Of a stretch of 64,000 nt of DNA, positions 48,022-57,658 are shown piece after piece. The DNA comes from a virus, in IMG/VR virus record IMGVR_UViG_3300031951_000121, positions 3,357-67,356 of that record; one strand, 5' to 3'. Numbering within the stretch: position 1 is the stretch's first letter; each line of letters opens with the position of its first letter. The position numbers were made by a program, and so were the translations under genes. The notes below the pieces were generated by a model. The model searched no databases. It worked only from the letters and a program-made list of their open reading frames with translations, and was not told the origin of the DNA.

Positions 48022-48404
48022 TGGAATTTGGCTTAGATTTACGGATTATCACTGCTAGTAATTCGTCTGTGATTAGTGTGGCATTTAATGACTTGATTAA
48101 TTATCCGTGGTACGTCGAGAATCTTTTATTTGATAGCGTAAAACCTTTGGATGCGACCAGGCTACTCACATCAGAGTATATTGCTTCCGTGCCTAATACT
48201 GTATCCAAGGAAGATTTAATCGCCCTCCTGCCCAAAATTACAGCATTCACCTTTGATTCTGCCAACAATAAGGGAGTTGCCACCATCGTAGTAGCCGAAA
48301 GCGAACTCAACGGGTTGGTCAAGGTGCAAGAAACCGACACCGCGATCGCGTTAGCGATGCCCAAGGCAGAGGATGTGATAAATTACTTACTAGGAAAAAA
48401 ATAA
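48021..48404 (+). CDS. hypothetical tail-region protein
   Basis: TAATG coupling. Confidence 0.65.
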   Translation: MEFGLDLRIITASNSSVISVAFNDLINYPWYVENLLFDSVKPLDATRLLTSEYIASVPNTVSKEDLIALLPKITAFTFDSANNKGVATIVVAESELNGLVKVQETDTAIALAMPKAEDVINYLLGKK

Positions 48405-48570
48405 CTAGACTCATCAGGTGTACCAAACCCAAGGATTAATCCCCTTGGGTTTTCTATGTATAATTAAAGTGTGCGTGATTTGTATAGCTGTTTTGTTTTT
48501 TATTTTGAACTACTAAAAAAGCGGGTTTTTGCCCGCCTTTTGCATTTAAGAGAGTAGTAGAAGGATTGGT

Positions 48571-48882
48571 TTAGTTCCCAGTGGTAGGGGGAGTAGTCTG
48601 CGCGGCTTTATTCGCAATTTGAGCGGCGGCAGGATCAACTTGACGCATGGCTAAGCCTTCAGTGTAAGAAAACTTTTGAATCCCTGCAATAGTCGCACCT
48701 AAAGCAGCTTCAGCGATCGCGTCTACACGGGATGTGGTTTTGTTGTATTGAATGGAAGCCGCATTATTTACCGCTTCAGAATGAGCCAAGGACTGGAGTA
48801 AAAGAGTTGCGGGAGCATCACCGAAAGCCTTGATATTAGCACCAGCTACGCTGGCTTCTAAATCTTCTAATTTAAAAGGCAT
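48571..48882 (-). CDS. RebB (R-body)-like protein
   Basis: SVAGANIKAFGDAPA..LQSLAHS..NNAASIQ resembles the Reb core (NVKVxGEAPA..Q..AH). Confidence 0.55.
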   Translation of the reverse strand: MPFKLEDLEASVAGANIKAFGDAPATLLLQSLAHSEAVNNAASIQYNKTTSRVDAIAEAALGATIAGIQKFSYTEGLAMRQVDPAAAQIANKAAQTTPPTTGN

Positions 48883-48916
48883 AAACCCTCTAGAGTGTTA
48901 ACAGAGAACATATTTA

Positions 48917-49258
48917 TTATATGGGATTCCCGTGTTCTATCTCATAAACTAATGCGATCGCTTTTTTGTAGGTATCGAGAACTTGGCTGTAATCTTTTTC
49001 GGGATTACCTGCTATCTCAGAGAGGAGATAATCTAACCCATGAGAGCTTATGGATTCTTTGAGCAGATCGAGCCTTGCCTCTCGTTTGAGCTGTTGATAA
49101 TCACGGGCTACCTGTACATTTTGTTTCCGTAGTTCCCTAGACATTTTTGCCGCTAGTCTTAGCTTTTGTTCGGCTAATGCCATTGATTCTTTCTCTATTG
49201 CCAAGACTTTTTCTTGCAGTTCTAACTCTTCCATTCTTGTCCTTACTCCCCCTTGCAA
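48917..49258 (-). CDS. coiled-coil hypothetical protein
   Basis: Upstream of the Reb-like gene; start probably 49234. Confidence 0.6.
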   Translation of the reverse strand: MQGGVRTRMEELELQEKVLAIEKESMALAEQKLRLAAKMSRELRKQNVQVARDYQQLKREARLDLLKESISSHGLDYLLSEIAGNPEKDYSQVLDTYKKAIALVYEIEHGNPI

Positions 49259-49454
49259 TCAGGTGTTCTGAAAGGGCTGTCTAGCTCTGCGCTACTATAG
49301 TATTGAACAACCCACATTCCTTTAGTAGGGAATATAGAGGCAACTTCTCTCGTCACCCCTTTATCGTCTTTTAAAAATAGGCTAAACCCTGACTTCAGGG
49401 TTAAAACCATTGGTAGGGCTTGATCTTCCATGCTATTAATAACCAGAATGCTTT

Positions 49455-49847
49455 ATGCCAATTTTATCATTTACCCTCTACGGCGATGTTGTTCCTAAAG
49501 CCCGTCCTCGGCTTGGGAGCGATCGCGCCTATCTTCCTCCTAAATATCGTCACTGGAAAAATAACGCGATCGCAGAACTCACAAAACAAAGGGAAGGAAT
49601 GGAGGTTAATTTTCCCTTGCATGGAGTCGCGATCGCGATTGTTCTTAGAGGAAAGCACCATCGAGGTTCAGATATTGATAATATCGCAGGTTCTCTATTG
49701 GATGCTTTAGTTCAAGCTCATATCCTCAAAAACGATAATATGAGCGCGGTAACGGAGCTAAGTATTAGATTGCATCATGGAGAGGATGAGCCGAAGATAT
49801 TTATTGAAATTCTCTCAGAGATGCCATCTCCTCATACTCAGAAATAG
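49455..49847 (+). CDS. rusA: RusA-family Holliday junction resolvase
   Basis: PKARPR, DIDNIAGSLLDALV..ND. Confidence 0.9.
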   Translation: MPILSFTLYGDVVPKARPRLGSDRAYLPPKYRHWKNNAIAELTKQREGMEVNFPLHGVAIAIVLRGKHHRGSDIDNIAGSLLDALVQAHILKNDNMSAVTELSIRLHHGEDEPKIFIEILSEMPSPHTQK

Positions 49848-50080
49848 GCAGTAATTCCCCTTTGATTTGTATCTTTCCTTCGGGGGTAACGTTGCTGGGG
49901 TCAGGAGGTTTTAATATTTCTACTTCTGCCATAAGGGCATCTTCTTTAGTCGGATACCTGCCGATTATTCGCCCTGTTTCTCTGTTCCATAAGATAAAAT
50001 CATCCTCATTTGGGTCATAATCAATCGCGTCTAATAGGCTATCAATTACAATGGAATAATCACTATTTTTAGGTTTTATC

Positions 50081-50404
50081 ATGAGTGAATCCACTACGAC
50101 TAAAAGAAGAACTACTCCTAGTATAGACTCTCCGCCTTCTACCTCAATCCCTGCCAATATTTCTCCCGCGATCGCTGAACCATCGGAATCGGAAGAAGAG
50201 CCTACCCAACTAACCCCGAGCGAAGACAAGACCGTCTGGGTAGTAAGTCAACGGTATGGCACGGCAGTAGCGATTAATGGAGTCTATGGCTCTGAGGAAA
50301 AACTTCTCGCAAAATATCCGCATCTTCGGGAAGAAGGCACTCTATATCGAGATTGCGATCTCTCGGGCAATGGGTTGACAGCGCGTAAGTTTATAATCAA
50401 TTAA
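50081..50404 (+). CDS. hypothetical protein
   Basis: Ends at a hairpin plus T-run. Confidence 0.55.
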   Translation: MSESTTTKRRTTPSIDSPPSTSIPANISPAIAEPSESEEEPTQLTPSEDKTVWVVSQRYGTAVAINGVYGSEEKLLAKYPHLREEGTLYRDCDLSGNGLTARKFIIN

Positions 50405-50619
50405 AGAGTTTTTCCATTCCCCTATCCCCTCTCGCAGGGGATTTTTTGTTATGCGATCGCGATCTGCACCTATCTATTCCCTAAGATGGAAAAACAAAAG
50501 AATTAAGTACAGACATAAGGTTGCGACAATCAGACTGCCCGTAACCTTGTGCTTGTACTATTGTAACGTGCTTTTTTTGCATTAAGATAGTAGCACAAGT
50601 TATTTCATGAATACATTAA

Positions 50620-51582
50620 TCAAGTAATGGCATCTCCGAGCAATGAAGTCACCTCTCCCTGATAAGAATTTCTGTTGTCGTCATAAATCATTAGTGTGTT
50701 TAAGTCCTTATGACGGCTTAGGGATTGTACTTTTCTTACGTTTCCATTCGTCATGTCTAATGCGGCTGTAATTGCAGAATGCCTCAGTCTTGATGGAGAG
50801 ACAGCTTTATTTATTCCTGCTTTTTGAGCATAGAAGTTAACGATTTTGTATACGCTAGTTCCACTTAGGCGATGCCCCATTGTAGCCCTATCGAGTGAAC
50901 AAAACAATGGGCGATCGCTATATTGATGGACGGATTTCCACTGAAGAGACATTTTTGCTGTTAACCATAACTGAATTGAGTCAACGACATGGTTATTTAG
51001 CTGAACACGAGTAAGATCATTCCCATTGTTTTTCCCATTGACATACAAACTTTTTTGCTCTGCATTAAAGTGAGGATGAGATAGATTTCTTAGCTCTGCA
51101 TTTCTTAGCGCATTGTCCCATAACAACCTTAAAATTGCATAATCTCTAATCCCCAAAATCTTGCTTGTGTCTACTTGGCTTATTAATTGGATAAATTCTT
51201 CTACCTTTAACCCTGATGTATCCTTATATCTCGGGACGGTTGATTCTTTGATGGAAGACAAGTCAATTGAGCATTTTCTCTTGTCAATAGCGTATTTAAC
51301 TAGCTCTTTGATAGCAATCATTCTTACAGCTATCGTAGATGCTTTACGCCCATCTTGAATCATCTGCGCTCTATATTTATCAATGACGATTAATGCTTCT
51401 TCTTGCGCGAGAGACAGAAAAAGTTCTATGTTAGAGTCACAAGCATCATCTCCTGTGACAGTCCTGCAAAAATGATTTAGTGCTGATTGATAAGTGCGCT
51501 TTGTTGTAGGGGATTTTTTGCTCAGCAGAAATCCCGCTAGGATTGGTTCATGAGCGTAACTAGCAAATGCGTTCATATTCAA
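50620..51582 (-). CDS. tyrosine recombinase (XerC-like integrase/resolvase)
   Basis: RDYAIL..LRNAE, GK, SPSRLRHS, SRH, LMIYDD. Confidence 0.93.
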   Translation of the reverse strand: MNMNAFASYAHEPILAGFLLSKKSPTTKRTYQSALNHFCRTVTGDDACDSNIELFLSLAQEEALIVIDKYRAQMIQDGRKASTIAVRMIAIKELVKYAIDKRKCSIDLSSIKESTVPRYKDTSGLKVEEFIQLISQVDTSKILGIRDYAILRLLWDNALRNAELRNLSHPHFNAEQKSLYVNGKNNGNDLTRVQLNNHVVDSIQLWLTAKMSLQWKSVHQYSDRPLFCSLDRATMGHRLSGTSVYKIVNFYAQKAGINKAVSPSRLRHSAITAALDMTNGNVRKVQSLSRHKDLNTLMIYDDNRNSYQGEVTSLLGDAIT

Positions 51583-51611
51583 GAGTGCGTTTTTACAGAA
51601 TTATCTTACTC

Positions 51612-52046
51612 TTAGTCTATCAATTCTCTGCTTGAGAACCTGGGGATTAATTGTAACGGTTCATCCCCATGCGATCGCGCTACCATTGATAAAGGTTCTC
51701 GCCCCTCATCGGCGCATTCTGGACAGATAAAAGCGAATCCGTATTTAATTTTCCCGCAGTCTTCTCCTCTGCAATACGACCAATAATAATCATCCATCCC
51801 ATCAGGGAGCGGAACGTCTAGTTCTACCCTTAAATCAAGCGCGGGGAAAATATCTCCACAGCAACAACACGGGATAGGAGCACGGGGCGGGCTAGGGGAA
51901 TCAACGTCAATAACAATTGCTGGGTATTTATTGCCACTGATGGTGCTGTATTCTACGTTATAGAACAGGAAGTGAAGGCTACCGTCTGGCTGTTCCCACG
52001 TTTTCTGCTCTCTCGTCTCGTCTCGGTATTTGTGTTTTCTGATCAT
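51612..52046 (-). CDS. Cys-rich hypothetical protein
   Basis: CCCC..CPEC. Confidence 0.55.
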   Translation of the reverse strand: MIRKHKYRDETREQKTWEQPDGSLHFLFYNVEYSTISGNKYPAIVIDVDSPSPPRAPIPCCCCGDIFPALDLRVELDVPLPDGMDDYYWSYCRGEDCGKIKYGFAFICPECADEGREPLSMVARSHGDEPLQLIPRFSSRELID

Positions 52047-52132
52047 GGGTATTTACAAAAAAATCCCCTTGGTAGAGGATAGAAACGGTAGCAGCTAACA
52101 ACTGATTATTCAAGATAGAAACATCTTACCAT

Positions 52133-52981
52133 TTACTCCGATTCTCCAATGTACATCTGACGGCTATCAATTAGCAGGGCATGGTCTAACAGGTGCAGGT
52201 ATTCTCGTTTAAATTCTAGGTTTTCCCGCAAGGATGGAATCGTATCCCAATATTCAGGAGCAATTAATCTATGCTCCGTTAGCAACTGATTAAGCCGTCT
52301 GTAGTCAGGGCTTCCATTGCGGGTTAAAATCCCGTATCTCTGACAAAGTTGCGTCTTGTTAATCGTCTCTCCATTGCGGATTACCGTCTCGCTAGTGTCA
52401 AGAATGCGATCGCGGTATTCAATAGTCTTAACTTCCTTATACCCTAGGATTTTTTGCTGTAGGGGTTCAGGGAGCGCGGTAACGATGTACTGGCGTAATT
52501 CTATAGCTTTCTGGTCTGCTTGCGCTCTGATAGCCTCATTTTTGGATATTTCTACCTTCAGCTTAAGCACCTCGATTTCTTCCGCTACTTCGGGGCGATG
52601 AGACTGAACTAATTTCCAAGCTTTTTCCGCCTCGATAAAATACTGTCGGATTAATTCTCCCTGCTCGGTTTCTGCCATCAGGCAAAAATGCTTAAAAGCA
52701 TCGGTTGTTAATAGTATCAAATCGCTAGAACGCCCACACAGTCCTGATTTATCCGATTGGATAAAAACTTCCCCTTTTTGAATCTGGTAATCACGGGACT
52801 CTTTTAAGAAAGAATTTCTCATTGTCAACTTTCTTTTGGCATTCCCTTTGTTGCTATATCCTGCGATTTTCCAAGCATCATCGAAGTTAACAGGGAACTG
52901 CTCTCCCTCCTCTTCTGCCTTGAGCCAAGAGTTAACTAGGCTTTCGTAACGGTTAGGATCAAAATCTGCTAAATTAGACAT
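52133..52981 (-). CDS. antirepressor-like DNA-binding protein
   Basis: FPVNFDDAWKIAGYS..LTTDAFKHFCLMAETEQG..RQYFIEAEK. Confidence 0.8.
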   Translation of the reverse strand: MSNLADFDPNRYESLVNSWLKAEEEGEQFPVNFDDAWKIAGYSNKGNAKRKLTMRNSFLKESRDYQIQKGEVFIQSDKSGLCGRSSDLILLTTDAFKHFCLMAETEQGELIRQYFIEAEKAWKLVQSHRPEVAEEIEVLKLKVEISKNEAIRAQADQKAIELRQYIVTALPEPLQQKILGYKEVKTIEYRDRILDTSETVIRNGETINKTQLCQRYGILTRNGSPDYRRLNQLLTEHRLIAPEYWDTIPSLRENLEFKREYLHLLDHALLIDSRQMYIGESE

Positions 52982-53053
52982 GGTGCTTTACGCTCCAATA
53001 AAGTACAGCCGATAGGTTTCGAGTGCTTCCACACTCAACCGTGATCGGTTTTT
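52982..53053 (-). promoter_or_regulatory. structured 5' leader of antirepressor gene, copy B
   Basis: CCGAT/ATCGG, GGTT/AACC and GAGTG/CACTC stems. Confidence 0.7.
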
Positions 53054-53190
53054 CTATACTACCATAAATAATTTATGCCCTAGCCTAAATCGCTTAAGCT
53101 AGGGCATAACCGCGCCCTAGCCCGCGATCGCTCTCATCGTCTACCATGCGATCGCATTTCCTTAACTCTGAGCATTGCCAATAACCCTAA

Positions 53191-53273
53191 AAGTTCCGTA
53201 TATTTACTGATGTACAATATTGATAGGAAGATTATTATAGAAGAGTAAACAAAAACAACCGAGGACAAAAAAG
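53191..53273 (+). promoter_or_regulatory. cassette promoter, copy 3
   Basis: TCCGTATATTTACTGA TGTACA-N16-TATTAT..GAGTAAACAA..CGAGG. Confidence 0.85.
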
Positions 53274-53657
53274 ATGCCTGCGACAACCGAGCAATACACA
53301 AAAGCAGAAAGATACTTAAAAGAGTCCACTGTGATCGAACTGATTGCGATCGCGGAATCATGGAATATCGACACAAAGCCTCGTCAAACAAGAAAAGTAA
53401 CAAGACAATGTGGCAAGGCTAGATTGATAGCCCGTCTTGTAGAGCATGAAGTAGCTCAAAGACAAGGCGATTTAGACGTTACATATTACAGACAATTCCT
53501 TGAGCAAAAAACATTGCGTGAACTTCAGCTAATCTGCAAATACGAAGTAAAAATCTCTACAACCTATGAAGATTACGCGCTAGTTAAAAAGCTGGCACAA
53601 AAATCTTACCTAGTAGAGCAGATTCTTTGGTACACCGAATTTGCTACTAACTTCTAA
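53274..53657 (+). CDS. protein with two Rho-N/SAP-like repeats
   Basis: TVIELIAIAE..LIARL and TLRELQLICK..LVEQI. Confidence 0.6.
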   Translation: MPATTEQYTKAERYLKESTVIELIAIAESWNIDTKPRQTRKVTRQCGKARLIARLVEHEVAQRQGDLDVTYYRQFLEQKTLRELQLICKYEVKISTTYEDYALVKKLAQKSYLVEQILWYTEFATNF

Positions 53658-53720
53658 AAACATCCCCCGTCCCCGCAAGGGGGCATCTACCCCATCCCAT
53701 GTAAACAATAAGAGGTAATT

Positions 53721-54176
53721 ATGCAATTAGTAGAAGTTACGCGGTACGAGATTCTAGACGATAACGGGAAAGCGATCGCATCCTTTAGCTCCAAGCATGA
53801 TGCCGTGCAGTTCCTGTCATGGCAGATGCCTAAGAATGAAAATCAGGAGTTTGTTGATTGGCTGCTAGATGCAGAAGCAACCTCTACCGAGCCTAGCAAG
53901 CCCGTTAAACAGTCTCCAGAAGAGGAATTAATAGAAAGCCTCAAAGACATAGGGATGAAAGTATCAGCCCCAAAAACAGTTGAAGGGGTGGGAAGATACT
54001 GGGTACTTACTCAGCACGGATTAAAAGCTCATCTCTGGCACTGCGGAGCGAGAGGATGGAGTATCTGTCATCCAACCCAACACGAGGAGAGTAAGCGATC
54101 GCAAGCATGGCTAGACATCTTTGCCTTTGATGTTGTCGAGTTTGCTGATTGCAACGGGATTGAATTGGAGGCTTGA
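53721..54176 (+). CDS. hypothetical protein
   Basis: GTAAACAATAAGAGG leader. Confidence 0.7.
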   Translation: MQLVEVTRYEILDDNGKAIASFSSKHDAVQFLSWQMPKNENQEFVDWLLDAEATSTEPSKPVKQSPEEELIESLKDIGMKVSAPKTVEGVGRYWVLTQHGLKAHLWHCGARGWSICHPTQHEESKRSQAWLDIFAFDVVEFADCNGIELEA

Positions 54177-54588
54177 TAAAATAAAGAAAGCAGAAAAATA
54201 GTAATCAAATCTCCCTTAAACCCTAGCCCTTGCTAGGGTTTTTCAGTATGAACCAATTAGAAATACTAGAAGAAATTAAACGCCTAACCTTAGAAGTTGA
54301 CCGCCTCGCTCTGACAGGCCACGAGAACGAAGCGATCGCGGTTCAAGCCAAACTAGACAACCTACTGGAGCAGTTGCCTAGATTCAAGCGGAAGCGATAG
54401 TTAGGATAGGAAGCCCGCGATCGCTAGATACACTAAAAAGCCCCCTGTCTGTAGATTTAGGGGGCTATTTGTAATACAAAATTTAAAAACTAAAATCTCC
54501 TATATAGTAACACAGATGGCGTTAGGAGTTATGCGATCGCGTGTATGGTAGACACAAAAAAACTCCCCCGAAGGGGAGCGATCGCGGA

Positions 54589-54915
54589 TTAATGTTTATC
54601 AATTAAATCCCAGGCAAACTGGGGAACTTCCCATCCGTCTTTAACGTGCTGTCCAATGATTTTCTTAATCTGACTACGGGTAAACTCTTCATTCCCAGTG
54701 ACATTTACCTCTAAAATGTTATCGGAGGTAGCACTCTCAAGATCCTCATAAAGCGCGTCTGGAGTAGTAGAGTAAGGGACTAAAAACCCTACTATTTCTC
54801 CATCCTGTCCGATGAACTGCCAAGCTTGGCAGGTGTAGGGCTTGAACTCCTCATCCGGGAAAGTAGGATTAGACTGAAGAGTTACGGATATGATTTGAGC
54901 GTTGATAGTTTTCAT
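54589..54915 (-). CDS. small orphan protein under the cassette promoter
   Basis: Cassette upstream, CCCCTTCGGGGG-T-run terminator downstream. Confidence 0.8.
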   Translation of the reverse strand: MKTINAQIISVTLQSNPTFPDEEFKPYTCQAWQFIGQDGEIVGFLVPYSTTPDALYEDLESATSDNILEVNVTGNEEFTRSQIKKIIGQHVKDGWEVPQFAWDLIDKH

Positions 54916-54992
54916 TGCTTTTGCCTCGTTTGTTGTTTACTCTTTTATAATAGCGGTGTCTCTCTAGTCGTACATCCGTAAATATACTGAAT
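54916..54992 (-). promoter_or_regulatory. cassette promoter, copy 4
   Basis: TCAGTATATTTACGGA TGTACG-N16-TATTATAAAAGAGTAAACAA..CGAGG. Confidence 0.85.
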
Positions 54993-55922
54993 CTAGATAA
55001 ACTCTTGGGAATCTTGAACCTGTTTAAAAACAGCAATCCAGTCAACTTGAATTAGTATCCACGCGATCGCCTCGATACTTTGCTGAGGGGTGAAACTGCG
55101 CTTTACAGCGTCAGATACTGCGGCGTGTAGGGCTTTATTGCTGGCACTGCCATAGTGGGAATTGCGGCGGAGGCTGACGTTGTGGCAGTACCCTAGGCAG
55201 TAGGTAAATAGCCTCTCAAAAGCGTATCCCCCTGTACGAGTAGCTAGGAACTCGGTTACTTCCCTGATAATCAGCCCGATGAGCCTTTGATAGTGGGATA
55301 GCTCAATACGCTTTTTGACCACCGAAGCGATCGCTCTTTTGGCATCTTCTGGCGATCGCCCAAGCACTCCCGATACATAATCCTGCACTCCTTCACAGAA
55401 AACGCCTTCAGGGTTTCTGCATACTTCCTCCCACCGATTGCTAACCTCCTCCAGATAAAACTCTAGATTCCGCTCTAGCTCTCTTCTAGCGGCGATCGCG
55501 CTTGCCTCTACCCATTTCTGCCCATAGAGCTTACGGATTGCCCCTAGGCTGGTCTTATCGGGCTTAAAAAAGCTGGCTGTAGCGACCAGATCGCCCTTGA
55601 TTAGCTCCCAGAGACGGGCATTGTAGAGTTTTAGCCGTTGCTCTCGCGATTCTCCCCTAAGATTGGCTAGATACTGCTTCCCCTCGGGGCGGCGGCTTCT
55701 AAGCTCACAGTCTAAAGCCAAAGGATCATCGCTGTGATAGTGAGCAAAAGAGTCAGAAACTATCACGGGCTTGCCTTTCCGTTCATGGTAGTTCCCTACT
55801 CTCAAAAATACCGCCTGACTACAAAAAGGACATACTAGCCCTAGTTTTCTCGCAGATTCGTAGTCACACGCGATCGCGTCTACTATATCTCCTGCGAGAT
55901 ACATCGATTTAGCATACCGCAC
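54993..55922 (-). CDS. protein with a CoiA-like N-terminal Zn-finger
   Basis: LVCPFC..VFLR..FAHY..C. Confidence 0.65.
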   Translation of the reverse strand: MRYAKSMYLAGDIVDAIACDYESARKLGLVCPFCSQAVFLRVGNYHERKGKPVIVSDSFAHYHSDDPLALDCELRSRRPEGKQYLANLRGESREQRLKLYNARLWELIKGDLVATASFFKPDKTSLGAIRKLYGQKWVEASAIAARRELERNLEFYLEEVSNRWEEVCRNPEGVFCEGVQDYVSGVLGRSPEDAKRAIASVVKKRIELSHYQRLIGLIIREVTEFLATRTGGYAFERLFTYCLGYCHNVSLRRNSHYGSASNKALHAAVSDAVKRSFTPQQSIEAIAWILIQVDWIAVFKQVQDSQEFI

Positions 55923-55925
55923 AAA

Positions 55926-56243
55926 TTACCTCCTGTGCGATCGCGCTAGATACCGCTTGAGAAGGCTGGCAGCGAGGTCTGCCCCCGAATTGCCAGAGGT
56001 TGCCTCAATCTCGTCTATGACGATAGCATCCTCTCGATTGGCTAGGGATTGCCGCCGCCTGTCCTGAATGGGAGCCCATTTTTTTAGATTACAGACTCTT
56101 TGGCGGCTTATCCCGAGTACAGGCGCGATCACTCTTGGAGGATGACCTAACGCCGATAGATATACCACCGCCTCGGCTTGAGTAGGGTCAGGGTATAGGC
56201 TCAGGAGGTGCTGGTAATCGCGATCGCATTCATCGTTGACCAC
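55926..56243 (-). CDS. HTH protein
   Basis: IAPVLGISRQRV; similar to 57333-57587. Confidence 0.7.
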   Translation of the reverse strand: MVNDECDRDYQHLLSLYPDPTQAEAVVYLSALGHPPRVIAPVLGISRQRVCNLKKWAPIQDRRRQSLANREDAIVIDEIEATSGNSGADLAASLLKRYLARSHRR

Positions 56244-56352
56244 GCTCCGCCTCCTTTTTAATCTGCTCTATTCTCTTTTTCAGCATAGCGGCGATGTACT
56301 GATTCCCGCGATCGCTGAAGTATTTTAAATCTTTTTCTAGCTGCTCCAACAT
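56230..56352 (-). CDS. 40-aa peptide under a degenerate cassette promoter
   Basis: MLEQLEKDLKYFSDRGNQYIAAMLKKRIEQIKKEAERGQR; CGAGG RBS. Confidence 0.5.
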   Translation of the reverse strand: MLEQLEKDLKYFSDRGNQYIAAMLKKRIEQIKKEAERGQR

Positions 56353-56484
56353 AAGCACCTCGATTAGTTTACTTCTTAATCCTAGCACTTCCTATCTGGA
56401 ATGTAAATCAGTATCTGAAACGAAAATAGCGCGATGCTTAGGAGCGATCGCGTTCCACAGGAAAACCATCCCTCTTATCCTCTA

Positions 56485-56569
56485 AACTTCAGTATATTTA
56501 CGGATGTACACTCCTGACAAGGGGAGTTATTATAAAAGAGTAAACAGAAAACACTCCGAGGCAAAAAAC
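56485..56569 (+). promoter_or_regulatory. cassette promoter, copy 5
   Basis: TCAGTATATTTACGGA TGTACA-N17-TATTATAAAAGAGTAAACA..CGAGG. Confidence 0.85.
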
Positions 56570-56779
56570 ATGATGCGCACTAACGACCTAACCTACACTG
56601 AAGCCAACGCAATCTTCAAATCTATTGAAGAAACTCGATTCATCCCAGCCAATAAAGAGTTATATGTATCCCTTTGCTCAATTCGCGGACGCTTAAAACG
56701 AAAAGAAATGACACGCAAAGAATTTGCGATCGCAGTTAAGGATCTTTGTTCGCTTTACGAATGGGGCTACAGAGAATAG
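56570..56779 (+). CDS. small orphan protein, paralog of 36339-36527
   Basis: Start at 56570 after the cassette RBS. Confidence 0.8.
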   Translation: MMRTNDLTYTEANAIFKSIEETRFIPANKELYVSLCSIRGRLKRKEMTRKEFAIAVKDLCSLYEWGYRE

Positions 56780-56802
56780 AAATCGCACTCCCTCTATCTT
56801 TA

Positions 56803-56883
56803 AAAGTTCCGTATATTCACGGATGTACAATCCTGATAGGGAGAGTTATTATAAAAGAGTAAACAACAACCGAGGACACGACA
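56803..56883 (+). promoter_or_regulatory. cassette promoter, copy 6
   Basis: TCCGTATATTCACGGA TGTACA-N17-TATTATAAAAGAGTAAACAACAACCGAGG. Confidence 0.85.
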
Positions 56884-57102
56884 ATGAAAAGCTTACAAGT
56901 AACCTTAACCGCAACCAATCCCAAAAACCTAGAAATGGCTCTCTGCACTGGCATCCGTTACGCATCTAGCGTGAAGGTAAGAGGGTGTCAGGCGATCGCT
57001 ACTTTCATTTTCGAGGGTGACGCGCAAGAAACCCTGACCGATTGTGTCAACCCCTCTGCTCTAGAAGAGTGGAGAACCGAATTTAGCTGGACACTAGCCT
57101 AA
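56884..57102 (+). CDS. small orphan protein under the cassette promoter
   Basis: Terminator GCCTCC..GGAGGC-TTTTT follows. Confidence 0.8.
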   Translation: MKSLQVTLTATNPKNLEMALCTGIRYASSVKVRGCQAIATFIFEGDAQETLTDCVNPSALEEWRTEFSWTLA

Positions 57103-57332
57103 AAACCTTTGAGCCAATGCCGATCATGCCTCCATCAGGAGGCTTTTTTATTAGAAGACGCGGGATGATGCCGCCAAGGCGCGGATCAATGCCATCCTCT
57201 CTCTACCGTCTAGGGTTAGATAACCCGTAGCATGATGCACCTTGGCGATCGCGCCGTCATCCTCCACATAAAGCACGGCTTGAGGGTTTAGCCAAGTAAT
57301 AGCGCGATCGCCCTGTAGCTTCCAGAAGTCCA

Positions 57333-57587
57333 TTAGTATCTATCCTTAAGCTTGGTTATTTTTTCCATAGCGACTAGGTAACGCTTGCGGTAGTTAAAGG
57401 CCCGCTGGCGGCTTATGCCCATCGCCCTGCCTATCGCCGTGTAGTTGTAGCCGCGATCGCAGAGGTAGTTAATCGCGTCTATGATGCGCCATCGAGGATG
57501 CCGTTTAAGCCATTTAAGGAAGGATTGGCGGCATTCCTTTTCGTTTTTGGCGGGAACATAACGGGGTTCTTGACAACTTTCTCCCAT
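57333..57587 (-). CDS. HTH protein
   Basis: GYNYTAIGRAMGISRQRAF. Confidence 0.75.
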   Translation of the reverse strand: MGESCQEPRYVPAKNEKECRQSFLKWLKRHPRWRIIDAINYLCDRGYNYTAIGRAMGISRQRAFNYRKRYLVAMEKITKLKDRY

Positions 57588-57658
57588 AACATCTAGCGAT
57601 CGCGTGTTATTGTTGGTAATATAAACGTATCCTAATTATTATATAAAATGACTTAACA

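Noticed and set aside
50513-50551. Imperfect inverted repeat near the recombinase 3' end as attP/res
   Set aside because: The 14-bp spacer is longer than the usual 6-8 bp tyrosine-recombinase core, and no host junction is available to test it
56504-56969. ORF starts at 56504 and ORF 56724-56969
   Set aside because: They translate the promoter cassette itself (MY..YYKRVN); the real starts follow the CGAGG RBS
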